DNA of 64,000 nt from Emiliania huxleyi CCMP1516 (Eukaryota): the NCBI RefSeq assembly GCF_000372725.1, contig NW_005201792.1, positions 995,440 to 1,059,439 of the forward strand, read 5' to 3'. Of this stretch, positions 1 through 10,977 are shown one piece after another. The position numbers were made by a program, and so were the translations under genes. The notes under the pieces are model-generated. The model did no database searches, was not told the DNA's origin, and worked only from the letters and a program-made list of their open reading frames with translations. Numbering within the stretch: position 1 is the stretch's first letter; each line of letters starts with the position of its first letter.

Positions 1-179
1 GAAAGTTTGTTACTCAGCTGGTCCGCCGCCTGCCGAAGAATTTTGCGGACGCCGTCCCCGAAGCCGCCGAACGTCTCGAAGTCGAGCAAACGCAGGTCGC
101 AATTCTTCTCCCGCGCGAACCGGTAGTCGCCCTTCTCGGCAAAAGAAACTCCTCGCGGACTGCCTCGGGTTCATGTATC

Positions 180-352
180 CCTGGGACCCTGTCGTGTGGG
201 TGAACCCTGCCCAGCCCCCCTCCGTGTCGCGATGCGCTCCCCGCTCCCGTTCCCCTGTGTCCCTGATCGTCCTTACAAGATCCTGCTCGCGCAGGTGGGG
301 ACCCTGTCCTTTCTCCCACCCCTTGTTTGGTGTGTCCGTTTTATTTATTTAT
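180..352 (+). mobile_element. 3' fragment of a dispersed non-LTR retroelement/SINE-like repeat
   Basis: Similar to 17813-17948 (+) and reverse complement of 34403-34497; ends in a T-rich (TTTA)n tail. Confidence 0.6.
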
Positions 353-666
353 GTAACGCTGACTCCCGAAAATAAAGAAGACAGCCCAGGGGAGGGATGG
401 GATGACGGCACGCCGCCATAAACAAATAAATAGAGAGCAGTTCATCTCCATGCATGATGGGCGACGCACGAACACAGTCACAGAGGCACAGCGCGCACGC
501 CGTTTCTGTGTATTTCCTCGTTTGGTCTGGGGACTGTGTTAGTCACAAATAAGGGAAAGGGGCAAAAGAAATTATGCGTTCTGGGCTGTGAGCTGTGAGG
601 GTCCGCCCGCAGGCCGGCATCTCGCGTTTCCCGTGCAGATTGAGCGGTCGCGGCAGCCCGACCCGC

Positions 667-1905
667 TCACTCCAGCTCGTACTGGGCAGCCAGCGCGTCG
701 GCCTCAACAAACCGCGCGGCCTTGCGCTCCCGCCTCCCCGCCTCCCGTAGCAGATCGATGAGGTTGCGGGCCGAGCCGCGCGTCTCCTTGTGCTCCTCCC
801 CGTACCGCGCCGCGCACCCCTCCAGCTCCTCACGGAAGAGAGGGATGGCCTCGCCGAGCTTCCCCTGCTCCTGCAGCAGCGACGCGAGGCCGTAGATGAA
901 GCTCAGCGTGCTCGGGTGCCCGTCACCGAGCGTATCGCGGAACCCCGCCACCACCTCACGAAGAAGCGGCTCCGCGCCGTCCAGGTCGCCCTTTGCATAC
1001 AGCAGCGCGCTCAGGTTGTTGATCGAGGTGAGCGTCTTCGGGTCCCGGTCGCCGAGCGTCTCCCGGCACCCTTGCAATGCCTCGCCGAGCAGCGCCTCGG
1101 CGCGAGTCAGGTCGCCCTTGTCCTGCAGGAGCTGGCCGGTCCAAGCGACCGAGGCGAGCGTGCTCGGGTGCCGGTCTCCAAAGACCTCTCGCTTTCCCGC
1201 CAGCGCCTCGAGAAGCAGCGCCTCTGCGCCATCCAAGTCACCCTTGTCCTTCAGGAGCCCTCCAAGGCAAGCGATCGAGGTGAGCGTGTACGGGTGCCGG
1301 TCGCCGAGCGTCTGACGGCACCCTTCGAGCGCCTTACGAAGCAGCGGCTCAGCGCCATCCAGGTCGCCCTCATTTATCAGCAGCATGGCAGCGGCACGCT
1401 GAGAGTGTGCCTCGGCGGCGCCAACTGAAGCCTCCGCTGCAGCGGATGCCTCATCCGGCGCGATGGCCTCGGCGATGCCGTCCATGGAGCAGGAGGAGCC
1501 AAGACACTCGGCGTGGCTATGATCGTGCGCCTCGCTCCTGCTGTGGCTGTGATCGTGCGCCTCGCTGTGGCTGTGATCGTGCTCGGCCTTGCACGTTGAT
1601 CGTGCAGCCAATACGGCATGGCCAAAGAAGACATCAGGCTGTGCGCATGACGTATTCTCGGCGTAGCTGTGACACTCATGAGAATGCCCTTGATCGAGAT
1701 GAGACTCAACATGGCTGTGATTGTGCGCCTTGCCTTCGTGGCTGTTCTGGCATGGCTCGTCGCCGTCAATGGCAGCGTCTGCTCTCGTATTGGCTGTACT
1801 TGGTGGGTGAGCCGTATCAGAGGTGGCGTCCTCTCCCGCAGGACTATCTGCCGCCTTTCTCGCTGGCGGTGCCGGTACGTCGGCCTTGGAAGCCCCACAG
1901 CCCAT
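667..1905 (-). CDS. TPR-repeat protein (kinesin-light-chain-like TPR_10/12 repeats) with His-rich N-terminal region
   Basis: Repeated 42-aa units GDLDGAEPLLRxALxGxRxTLGDRHPxTLxSI; likely start MGCGASK at 1905; HDHSHS repeats; intronless ORF. Confidence 0.85.
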   Translation of the reverse strand: MGCGASKADVPAPPARKAADSPAGEDATSDTAHPPSTANTRADAAIDGDEPCQNSHEGKAHNHSHVESHLDQGHSHECHSYAENTSCAQPDVFFGHAVLAARSTCKAEHDHSHSEAHDHSHSRSEAHDHSHAECLGSSCSMDGIAEAIAPDEASAAAEASVGAAEAHSQRAAAMLLINEGDLDGAEPLLRKALEGCRQTLGDRHPYTLTSIACLGGLLKDKGDLDGAEALLLEALAGKREVFGDRHPSTLASVAWTGQLLQDKGDLTRAEALLGEALQGCRETLGDRDPKTLTSINNLSALLYAKGDLDGAEPLLREVVAGFRDTLGDGHPSTLSFIYGLASLLQEQGKLGEAIPLFREELEGCAARYGEEHKETRGSARNLIDLLREAGRRERKAARFVEADALAAQYELE

Positions 1906-2172
1906 GTATGCTGTTGCTGCTGGCTTGCTGGATGCTGGTCTCACAGTGTGCCGTCAGTCGCCGAGCAGTGTCGCTCCTGTGTGTAGTTTTTGCGACTTGC
2001 AAAGTTTGTTGGGGGGGGCTGTCTGATCTTTTTGTACGCCGTTTCGGCGACACCCACTCAGTGCACCGGCGGCAACACCGACGGCCGAAAGAATCGAAAG
2101 TAGGCGTCCATACCGCGCCACCTCTCAGTACTCAGAGTCAACAGAGAGAACGAGAGATCGGCGGCGCGCCTC

Positions 2173-4344
2173 TCACAGAGCTGCACACGGGCTGGCGCCC
2201 TCGGGCGCGCGTACCAGCGCGCGGCCGCTCGCCGGAAGCTCGCACGCCACACTCACCGTGGCCTCTGGTTGCCCGCCCGCCGCGCAAGGGCCGGCGCACG
2301 GCGGCGCGAAGCTCATCGTCACGCGCTCGCCGGCCGCGCCGCGCACGGCCACCTCCATGCCGCCCGAAGAGGAGGCGTCGACGGCGGTGACGCGGGCGGG
2401 CGAGACGCCGACCCACTTGTGCGCCACCTCGCCGAGAAGCGCCCACCCGTTCCGCTCCACCGGCGCCAGGTTCCACAGCCGAAAGTCGAGCTCGCCGTTG
2501 GGAGGCAAAGAGAGGCCGCCCGCGCCGAGCCGGGTGAAGCGATGTGTCGAGTTGGCCTCGACCGCGACGACGGAGGCCCCGGGCGCGTACCCGAGCTGCG
2601 CCTGCGGGGGCGCCACGGACGCGTCGCGGACGTGTCGCGGGCAGCGCACAGCGCCGCCCCGGGGAGCGCCTGCGAGACGGCGGTGGCGGCGGAGACGCGG
2701 GCGGCGAGGAGGACGCCGAAGCGGCGCGAGGAGACGGCCGTGTCTGCGAACCACACCTCGCCCGTCGGGGCGCCTGACAGACGCGGCCGTGGACAGGTGA
2801 GGGCGGGTGCGGCCAGCCGCGGCGCTCCGCGCAGGCGGCGCCGTCGGAGGCGAAGGCGTCGGCGGCGAGGAAGGCGTCGAGCTTGGTCGCGGGCCGGGCC
2901 GGGGAGAGGAGGGTCCCGTCGGCGGCGGCGGAGCGCATGATGAGAGCCGCGTCCGAGAGGCCGATCCCGTCCGACGGCGCCACCGGCCCGCGAGAGAGGG
3001 TCGACACGGCTGCCTGGACAGGGCAGGGCGCGCGCGCGTCGTGGACGTGGCGTGGGCGTGGCGTGGACGTGACCCTCGATCCGACCGGCCCGAGGGAGAG
3101 AGCGGGCAGAGGCGCGGCCGCCTGCAGCCGGCAGCGCGGCTCCGACTGGGCGGCGCGGTAGCGTGGCGCGCCCGGCTGGACGGGCGTACTCCAAAAGCTG
3201 TCCTTGGAGGGGGCGAGCCCGACGGCGTATGCAAAGAGCGCCGTCGTGCCGAGCGGCCGCCACTGGTCGTTGCCAGGCTGGTAGTCGTCGCTCGCGCGCG
3301 CCTGGGGGGGGGGGGGGGGGGGCAAGGGCATCTCGGGCCACCGCTGTTCGATCCACCTCTGGGCCTCGAGAGAGGCGCGGGAGGGTGCAATGCTCTTCGC
3401 GAGGGCGGAGAGACTCGTGCAGAGTCTCCCGAGCCTGCCGCGCCTCTCGCCTCGACCTCTCGCCTGGGTGACCGGCGGCAGCTGTGTCGACGCGAGGACG
3501 TGGCGCGAATACGACATGCAGTACTGGATGCTGACGCCGGAGGCGGCGGCGCCCGCCGCCATCTGCGCGAGCCTATTCACAGCTTGAGGTGTGAAGAGAC
3601 GCTGTTCACAGGTTGCTTGCCCGCCGCCATCTGCGCGAGCCAGTCCCCGCCGAGGCTCGCCGACTGCGTCAGCGGCGCAAAGTGGTCGAGCTCGTAGTCA
3701 AGCCAGTCCTGCCGTTGCTATTCCTCTCCTCATGTTGCCATCGCTCGTGGCTGAGCTGGCCCCGCTTGAGGCCAGGGCCAAGGCCAGGGCCAGGGCCAGG
3801 GCCAAGGATCTCGGCTGGATCTCGGCTGGCCCTGCGGAAATTTTTGTCGGAAGACTGGCCCCCCGCTAGAATTCGCTAGATCTCGGCTCGATCTCGGCTC
3901 GATCTCGGCTCGATCTCGCGCCTGCTCGTACACGGCCAGCCCCCACCGCGAGGCGTTCCGCAGCAGGTCGCCCCAGAAGGCGGCGTCGACGGGAAGCGCG
4001 TACCCCGAGCCGCGGTCCCGGAGGAAGGAGTAGCGCCCTCCGTTGGCGCGCGCGTAGCCGGTGGTCGCGTCCCAGTACCGGTTGTGCCCCTGCACTCTCC
4101 AGCCGGTGGCGGCGGTCAGCGCCTCGAAGCCGCGCGGGAAGACGTCTGGCCGAGCCTGCGGGAGCAGCTCGGGGGGGTGTTCTCGGGGCGATCTCGGGGT
4201 GATCTCGAGGTGATCTCGGGCTGATCTCGCCGTCCAGTTCGTGACGCCTCCCCCGGGCCTGCCCCTGGCGGGCGTGCCCTTGTAGTACCACCACGAGTCT
4301 GCAAGCCAGTACCTGCTCGGAGAGGTGGCCATCCAGACACACGC

Positions 4345-4420
<76 letters not shown>

Positions 4421-4425
4421 GCACG

Positions 4426-4456
<31 letters not shown>

Positions 4457-6035
4457 ACACACACGCACGCACACACACACACCTTTCGGTGGAGGGCCTG
4501 CCGCGCCGGGATCGGCTGTACGGTGGCGGCTGCTACTACAGAGGGATACAGCGCGCCTGTACGGCAGCCGAGCGGCCGCTGCGTACTCCGCGACGCGCAG
4601 CATCGTCTGCTCGTAGCTCGCGTTGGGCGCCGTGTTGTAGTAGTAGTAGGCGCCTGCGCGGTATGTGTGGCTGGGCCTCTCTGCGTGTGGCGGGAGGCGG
4701 AGCGCGCTACTGCTGTCGGCTATATCTCGGCCATATCTCGGCTGCATCTCGGCTGTATCTCGGCTGTATCTCGGCTGTATCTCGGCTAGACGCCGTTGTC
4801 GGTCGAGTAGCCGAGCGTTCGCAGAGTCAGGTCGCGCTCCCACGCGGCGGCGCGCACCTGGCAGCAGACGACGGACATGGGTGGAGGAATGAGTGATGCC
4901 GCCCGACCAGCCAGCCCTAGCCCTAACCCTAGCCCTAGCCCTGCGCCCTAACCGGCCTACACCCGCGCGCCTTGCCGCCCCGCGCGAGCAGCAGGCTTCC
5001 CCACGCGAGCATGGCTTCGGTGATCCCTCCGGCAGAGTGGGCGAGCAGCGCCTCCGAGAAGTGTAGTATGATTTATGATTTATGATTTATGGTTTATGAT
5101 TCGGCGGAGTGGGCGAGCAGCGCCTCCGAGAAGAAGCCGGCCGGCACGCCACTCACGTTGCCCATCACTCCGTACGAGAGCGTGCCGCGCCTGACCACGC
5201 AAACGAAGGGTGAAGCCCGGCTCGTCAGCCTAGCCCGCCCGGCACAGGAGGGCGCCGCGCCGCACTCGCTGCGAGGTGGCCATGAAGGCGGCGGAGGGGG
5301 AGAGGACCACCGAGTGGCTCCCGGGCCCGTCACGAGCGAAGACGCACACAGGGCCCGTGCCCCCCACCCCGCCCCCCACCCCGCCCCCCACCCCGCCCCC
5401 CACCCCGCCGCCAACTCCTGCAGCGGACGCCTCCCACTCCCCCGTCTTGTAGCCAGCGCCGACCATCTGACCCTGGAACGAGAGGTGCCCTGTGAAGCGG
5501 CTGGTCTCTGTGAATAGGCTGGTACTTGTGAAGAGGCTGGTCTCTCTGAATAGGCTGGTGCGAGAGGCGCCTGGTACGAGAGGTAGCCGCGCCGCACCGG
5601 GTCGGTCGCGGCCGAGGCGGGGAGTCTGAAGCTCGGGTACCCAGACACGAGCCCGTCCTTGTCGCCCGTGGCCGTGGCGGACGCGCCAGAGAGGAAGGTT
5701 TGCTTAAAGGCGACATGGGACTCGTACCGCCGCACCGCCGTCTCAAAGGCAAAGGGCGCCGTCGCATTGGCTTCATCGCGGTCGGCCCACCGCCACGCTG
5801 TTCGAAAGTAGGAGCCATATGAGTCAATTCCCGAGCTGTTGCGAGAGTTGACCAGCGAGAGAGAGCCGTCTGCTGCCGAGAGTTTGCGGCCGCGGTGGCG
5901 AACCCAGGCGGCTCCAGCGGCCGGAAACCAGAGCGCTCCGGCGATGAAGATGTCGACAGAGCCAACGGCGTGAGCGTGTCGGGCCTCGACGGCCGGACCG
6001 GTGTAGGCGAGCGGCGGTAGAGCAGCGATCATCAT
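2173..6035 (-). CDS. Multi-exon putative glycoside hydrolase (GH36/raffinose-synthase-like, uncharacterised family)
   Basis: Exon peptides YYYYNT, LADSWWYYKG, GHNRYWD, GLAVYEQ, SIQYCMS, RASDDYQP, STLSRGPVAPSDGIG resemble clan-D glycosidase barrels; exons separated by repeat-rich introns. Confidence 0.6.
4335..4482. repeat. (CA)n microsatellite, intronic
   Basis: Directly visible. Confidence 0.95.
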
Positions 6036-6234
6036 GTCCGCAACCGACTCCTAAAAGAATTCTCGAATCAAACCATCTCTCACAGCAGACTGGCACGAAC
6101 TAACTCCTAAAAGAATTTTTTTTCATTGCTCCAAGCGCGACTCCAAGTGCGTCCCGGGAGACGCACAGGTAAAGGATCCCAACGGAATCGGACCCTGTGA
6201 GGAAGGGGAGATACGGACAGCGTTTGGGGCGGGA

Positions 6235-8130
6235 ATGTGGGGAGGAAAGCTCCCGAACATGTGGGAGCCGATAGACGCGGAGATGTACGCGATACTCGCA
6301 TACTTACGCAAAATGGCGAGAGCGAGCGATGCGCAATCGCGGCGGTGCTTAGTGCTATGCGACTGCAAACCCGCGCTGCAGCAGATTGAGAACGCGCACC
6401 GCAAAGGGATGCCAGAAGGCCTGAGGGACTGGGAGAGAGGCGGGCTCCTGGAGGCGATTGCATACTATAGATCGAAGCTAGAGGGGGTGGTCTTCATGTG
6501 GGTGCCAGCACACGTGGGAATAGCCTGCAACGCATACGCCGACGCGGTGGCGACAGCACACCTCGGGGATAACGACACGGAGGACGCCTCGAAAGTGGTG
6601 CGGGACGCGGTGCGGACGCGGCCATGCATGTACACGGCACGAAGGGAGGCGGCGGAGAACACAGAGGAGAAGGAGATAGTGGACCGGCGGACGTACGGAC
6701 ACATGTGTAAGAGCGCGCACGAATGGGTGTGCGAGCAATATCGAAAGACAGTGAGGCCGGGATCGCACACGGCAGGGGTGGCGGGACGGTTGTGGAGCGA
6801 AGTGGCGGTAGCCAGCCTCAAACATCGATGGGATAATAAGATGAGATTACCAGACGAGAACGGGGGGAAGGATAGGCGGGCGACATTCGACGACGTTGGG
6901 GATCACAATGTGACGACCAAAACGATCTTGGGGGCCAGGGTGAGACAACAGGTCGGGGTGCCACACGGTGCACACCACAGGCGTATTCTAGAGGGGGAAA
7001 AGAAACGGGGAATGAGGGGCCCCGCCACGAGAAGTGCGTTCTGGGGATGCAGAGCGTGCAAAGCGGCTAGGGATGAGACCACAAAAGAGGCGCGCGAGGC
7101 GAGGAGGAGACGCGGGGAGCTGAAAGACTGGGACGACTGGAAACAAGAAGACAGTGAGCCACCACAGGCGTCGTTGGCGCACATACTGAGCGGCAGCTGC
7201 GCTGGAAATAAGGAAGAGGCGCGTCACTTCATGCGGAAGCTCGACAAACACACAGCGAGGGCGACAGCAAGAGTTGAACGGGAGGCGCCGGACTCAAAAG
7301 ACACCGCCACATTCCTGAGACGAGCGAGGGCAGCCTCCTTAAAGGCGAAAGGGTCTAGATTTGGAGCGCTCGCCGAAGAGGAGTACGACAAAATAGCGCC
7401 CGTGATTGCCTGCACACTGCCCGCACTCACGGACCCCATACCCGAAAGAAAGAGAAGGGAGCTCGCGGGAGAGGTGACGAGTGAACTACAGGTAGTGGGG
7501 AAGGCAGCCTCGATTGCCATACAGACATGGGTACGAAACAACGACAAGACCAAGGCACGGGCAGAGGAACGAGAGAAGAACATAGGATGGATAGGGCGCC
7601 TGTTCACGGCATGGAGGGTGAGCCACACCGAACGTACCGAGCGAAGAGCCGAACGGAAGGAGGACGGGGAAGATGACTCCGAGGAGGACGAACCAGTGGA
7701 AATTCAGTTGTCAGATGTCACGATGCATCCGAAGGGGACCCCAGCGCCGGCATCATCCGTAGAGGCACGAGTGTTCGAAGAGAGAGTGGACCTGAGCAAC
7801 AACATGACCTGGAGGCAAATGATCGGAGTGGGAGTCAGAAATGTGGTCCTTGCGCGAGGGGAGCTCGATAGACTCGAGGGGCCAGGATATGCAGCAAGGA
7901 GGGCGGAGCTGCGCCGAAAGGCGAAAGAAGCCGAGAGAACAAGGGAACGGCAGGCGGCGGCGGCGCAGGACGAGGCAGAAGAGAATGACGCGACAGAGGA
8001 GGAAGTGACAAGGGAGAGAACGACGAGAGTGGGACGGCCGCGAGGTGGCATGAAGGTTGCAGCGAGAAGCGGCGAGAGACTGCGAAAAGAGATAGGAAGA
8101 GGCAGACTCCCTAGGGTGGGCGACGGCTAG
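6235..8130 (+). CDS. Retroelement ORF C-terminal part (RNase H-like domain plus long C-terminal extension)
   Basis: DAEMYAI, VLCDCKPAL, MWVPAHVGIACNAYADAVA match RNase HI motifs (AELxAI, DSxxAL, WVPGHxGIxGNExAD); no RT domain in this copy. Confidence 0.75.
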   Translation: MWGGKLPNMWEPIDAEMYAILAYLRKMARASDAQSRRCLVLCDCKPALQQIENAHRKGMPEGLRDWERGGLLEAIAYYRSKLEGVVFMWVPAHVGIACNAYADAVATAHLGDNDTEDASKVVRDAVRTRPCMYTARREAAENTEEKEIVDRRTYGHMCKSAHEWVCEQYRKTVRPGSHTAGVAGRLWSEVAVASLKHRWDNKMRLPDENGGKDRRATFDDVGDHNVTTKTILGARVRQQVGVPHGAHHRRILEGEKKRGMRGPATRSAFWGCRACKAARDETTKEAREARRRRGELKDWDDWKQEDSEPPQASLAHILSGSCAGNKEEARHFMRKLDKHTARATARVEREAPDSKDTATFLRRARAASLKAKGSRFGALAEEEYDKIAPVIACTLPALTDPIPERKRRELAGEVTSELQVVGKAASIAIQTWVRNNDKTKARAEEREKNIGWIGRLFTAWRVSHTERTERRAERKEDGEDDSEEDEPVEIQLSDVTMHPKGTPAPASSVEARVFEERVDLSNNMTWRQMIGVGVRNVVLARGELDRLEGPGYAARRAELRRKAKEAERTRERQAAAAQDEAEENDATEEEVTRERTTRVGRPRGGMKVAARSGERLRKEIGRGRLPRVGDG

Positions 8131-8155
8131 CGCATCACACCCCTCTCCTTAAAAT

Positions 8156-8526
8156 TAGAGCTGTCAAACGTTAACTTTGGGCCTAACAGTTGCACTATTG
8201 TTGGCTGAAAATCCTCAACGTTGTTCAAGTGTTCTCCCCAGCCCAAGCTGTTACTGTTTGTTACTGTTGTTACTGTTGTTCAGTGGTCAGCAAGCAGAAA
8301 ATGCCAAAAAACCCGGGTAAAACCCGAAAATACCTGGGTTTTTCCAGGTATTTTCGGGTATTACCCGCACTGGACGCTGGAGATCGTCGTGGGTCACTGC
8401 CAGGCCTTCCTTATTGTTGTTCAGCTGGCCTAACGTTAGCTACTGTTGTTGGGGAGCCCCACTGTTGTTCTGTTGTTACTGTTAACACTAGCAACACTGT
8501 TCAGCTCTTAACGTTTGACAGCTCTA
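8156..8526. mobile_element. hAT-like MITE inserted in the LINE 3' UTR
   Basis: Perfect 19-bp TIR TAGAGCTGTCAAACGTTAA; 8-bp TSD CTTAAAAT (8148-8155, 8527-8534); empty sites in sister copies near 8700 and 41690. Confidence 0.92.
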
Positions 8527-8639
8527 CTTAAAATCCCTGTGTGGTGGCGGCGTGCCGTCCTCCCATCCCTCCCTTGGGTTGTCTGTCTGTTTTCTTTCTT
8601 TCTTACTCCAAGTGCTCCAAGCGCGACTGCGAAGGGAGA

Positions 8640-8742
8640 TAGAAAGAGGCAGACGACCAAGGGTTAGGGTGGGCGACGGCTAGCACCACACTCCTCTCCT
8701 TAAAATCCCTGTCTGGTGGCGGCGTGCCGTCCTCCCATCCTG
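8640..8742 (+). mobile_element. Short 3'-end copy of the RNase H LINE family
   Basis: AGGGTGGGCGACGGCTAG...CCTTAAAATCCCTGT matches 8113-8155/8527-8570 without the MITE. Confidence 0.75.
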
Positions 8743-8867
8743 GTTGCGTTTCAGTTTCAGTTTCCCATACAAAGTGGGCAGCGCCAATGGGTGTAGGTAT
8801 GTGTCGTGCATCGCGTATAGGTAGGTGGGTAGGGTCACATGGGCATTCTCTAGCTTCTCATGTTCAT

Positions 8868-10328
8868 TCAAGCAGCCCCGGCGGTCAAGCACCCTCGCCC
8901 CACTCTCCGGACGCGCGGGTCCCGCATTGCCTCTAGCGCAACGTCGGGGCTAGCGCGCACCACCGCTGCGCTCCCCGGCTCGCTCGCCATGGCGAGCACC
9001 TCAAAGTGACGACTTTGCGTGGCGGGCGGGTGGGCAGCGGCATACTCGGCCGCCCAAGCCTCGGCCGGGTAGCGCGAGTCCAGCATCACCAAGTACTGGT
9101 GCAGCGGCAGTAGCGGCGGTGGCGGCGACGGCGGCGGCGGCGGCGGCGGCGGCGGTGGTAGCGGCGGTAGCGGCGATGGTGGCGGTGGCGGCCCGCCGCG
9201 GCCTTCACCACCGCCGCCCTCTCCTCCTCCGCCGAGCCCGCCGCCGCCCTCTCCGCCCCCGCCGTCACCGCCTCCACCATCGCCGCCGCCCCCGTCCCCA
9301 CCGCCACCGAGCCCGCCTCCTCCCTCGCCGCCGCCCCCGAGCCCGCCGCCCCCGTCGCCGCCGCCGCCCTCGCCTCCTCCGCCCTCGCCGCCGCCACCCT
9401 CCCCACCGCCGCCCTCGCCCTCGCCGCCGCCGCCGTCCCCGCCGCCGCCGTCGCCCCCGCCGCCCCCGCCCTCACCACCGCCGCCCTCGCCTCCTCCGCC
9501 GTCGCCAGGCAGAAGCGGCGATGGTGGCGGTGGCGGCGGCGGCGGCGGTGGCGGCGGCGGCAGTAGCGGCGATGGTGGCGGTGGCGGCCCGCCGCGGCCT
9601 TCACCACCGCCGCCCTCTCCTCCTCCGCCGAGCCCGCGGCCGCCCTCTCCGCCCCCGCCGTCACCGCCTCCACCATCGCCGCCGCCCCCGTCCCCACCGC
9701 CACCGAGCCCGCCTCCTCCCTCGCCGCCGCCCCCGAGCCCGCCGCCCCCGTCGCCGCCGCCGCCCTCGCCTCCTCCGCCCTCGCCGCCGCCACCCTCCCC
9801 ACCGCCGCCCATGCCGGGAAAGGCGCCGGCGCCAAGGCCAGTGCCGGCAGCAGCCACGAGCGCTGTGAGGGTGAGCGTCGCCGCTAGCATGAAGAGGACT
9901 CCACCGCCGCCGCCGCCACTGTCGGCACCGTCGGCGATTGGGATGTAGACGGCTCCGCCTGCGCCTCCGCCTCCGCCTCCGCCTCCGGCCGCCATCGCCC
10001 GCGCTCGCTTGCGGTCCTCCTCCCTCAGCTCCCTGGCCGCCTCGCGCATCCTCCCGGGAAGCGAGGATTCGTCATTTATCAGGGAAGTAGTGGAATCGCG
10101 TTGTGGCACTACCGGCTCTGCAGCTGAGGCTCGCGCGACTGCTTCGGCCGCCGCAACCGCCGCCATCTGCGCTGCTTCCGCCGCTCGCACCGCCGCGCGT
10201 GAGTGGGCCGCCGCGTCTATCGCCGCGTCTGTCTGCATCGTTCTTCGCCCTGCCATCTGCGCTGCTTCCGCCAACCGCACCGCCGCGCGTGCGTGGGCCG
10301 CCGCGTCTGCCGCCGCGTCTGTCTGCAT
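8868..10328 (-). CDS. Gly/Pro-rich single-pass membrane protein with a short C-terminal globular (possibly inhibitor-I9-like) domain
   Basis: Open frame from MQTDAAADAA; hydrophobic segment VLFMLAATLTLTALVAAAG; GGGE and PPPPS repeats; terminal YLVMLD...ALEAMRDPRVRRV. Confidence 0.5.
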   Translation of the reverse strand: MQTDAAADAAAHARAAVRLAEAAQMAGRRTMQTDAAIDAAAHSRAAVRAAEAAQMAAVAAAEAVARASAAEPVVPQRDSTTSLINDESSLPGRMREAARELREEDRKRARAMAAGGGGGGGGAGGAVYIPIADGADSGGGGGGVLFMLAATLTLTALVAAAGTGLGAGAFPGMGGGGEGGGGEGGGGEGGGGDGGGGLGGGGEGGGGLGGGGDGGGGDGGGGDGGGGEGGRGLGGGGEGGGGEGRGGPPPPPSPLLPPPPPPPPPPPPPSPLLPGDGGGGEGGGGEGGGGGGDGGGGDGGGGEGEGGGGEGGGGEGGGGEGGGGDGGGGLGGGGEGGGGLGGGGDGGGGDGGGGDGGGGEGGGGLGGGGEGGGGEGRGGPPPPPSPLPPLPPPPPPPPPPSPPPPLLPLHQYLVMLDSRYPAEAWAAEYAAAHPPATQSRHFEVLAMASEPGSAAVVRASPDVALEAMRDPRVRRVGRGCLTAGAA

Positions 10329-10907
10329 TATACAGTGTTGTTGAAGCCGCCTGCTGTCTGGTATAGCCTCAGCCGACTCCGTGAACTCTCGAGGGATCTC
10401 GAGTTCACACCGAGCAGCTGGGAGTGGCTGCGCCGGGGCACACTCTCTCGAGGTTCTCGAGGTGGATATCCTTTGGCCGCGTAGCGAGGATTGGTGTTTT
10501 CTGCGGCGACTCGGGCACACACGGTTTCCAAAAGAAATCGTTTTGCTTAGGGAAAGAGATTTTGACTCCCTCCGTACGGCGGGCAGTCTCGAGACCATGG
10601 TGCGCGCGCTCGCCCCACCCGTGCCCACGGCGGCCTGCGCGCGCGCGCGCGCGCGGTAGTAGGAGTAGGCTGCGGGTCGTATGGCGCCGGTGGTTCACCA
10701 CCGGTTGCTCATCCCCGGGAGCAACGAACCGAGCAGCCAGACCGTGTGCGCCAAACAGCAGCACGTTTGGCGACTAACAGAGCACCAGCCGAGGTGCTGC
10801 CCGCCGAGGCCCGAGCACGCGAGGAAGCGCGAGACGGGGCGGCGTGTGGGCCGCCCGGCGAGCAAAACGACTGGCGCCGCGAGCGTCGCGTGCGTCAAGG
10901 AACTCGC

Positions 10908-10977
10908 AGTCGAGAATGTCGAGAATGTCGAGAATGTCGAGAATGTCGAGAGTCGAGAATGTCGAGAATGTCGAGAA
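10908..10977 (+). repeat. 9-bp tandem repeat (GTCGAGAAT)n
   Basis: About seven copies visible. Confidence 0.9.

Larger units (their letters stand above)
6143..8612 (+). mobile_element. 5'-truncated LINE-like retrotransposon with RNase H domain
   Basis: ORF 6235-8130 with RNase H motifs, 3' UTR ending in (TTTC)n, flanked by 16-bp direct repeat TGCTCCAAGCGCGACT (6127-6142, 8613-8628); homologous fragments elsewhere in window. Confidence 0.8.
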
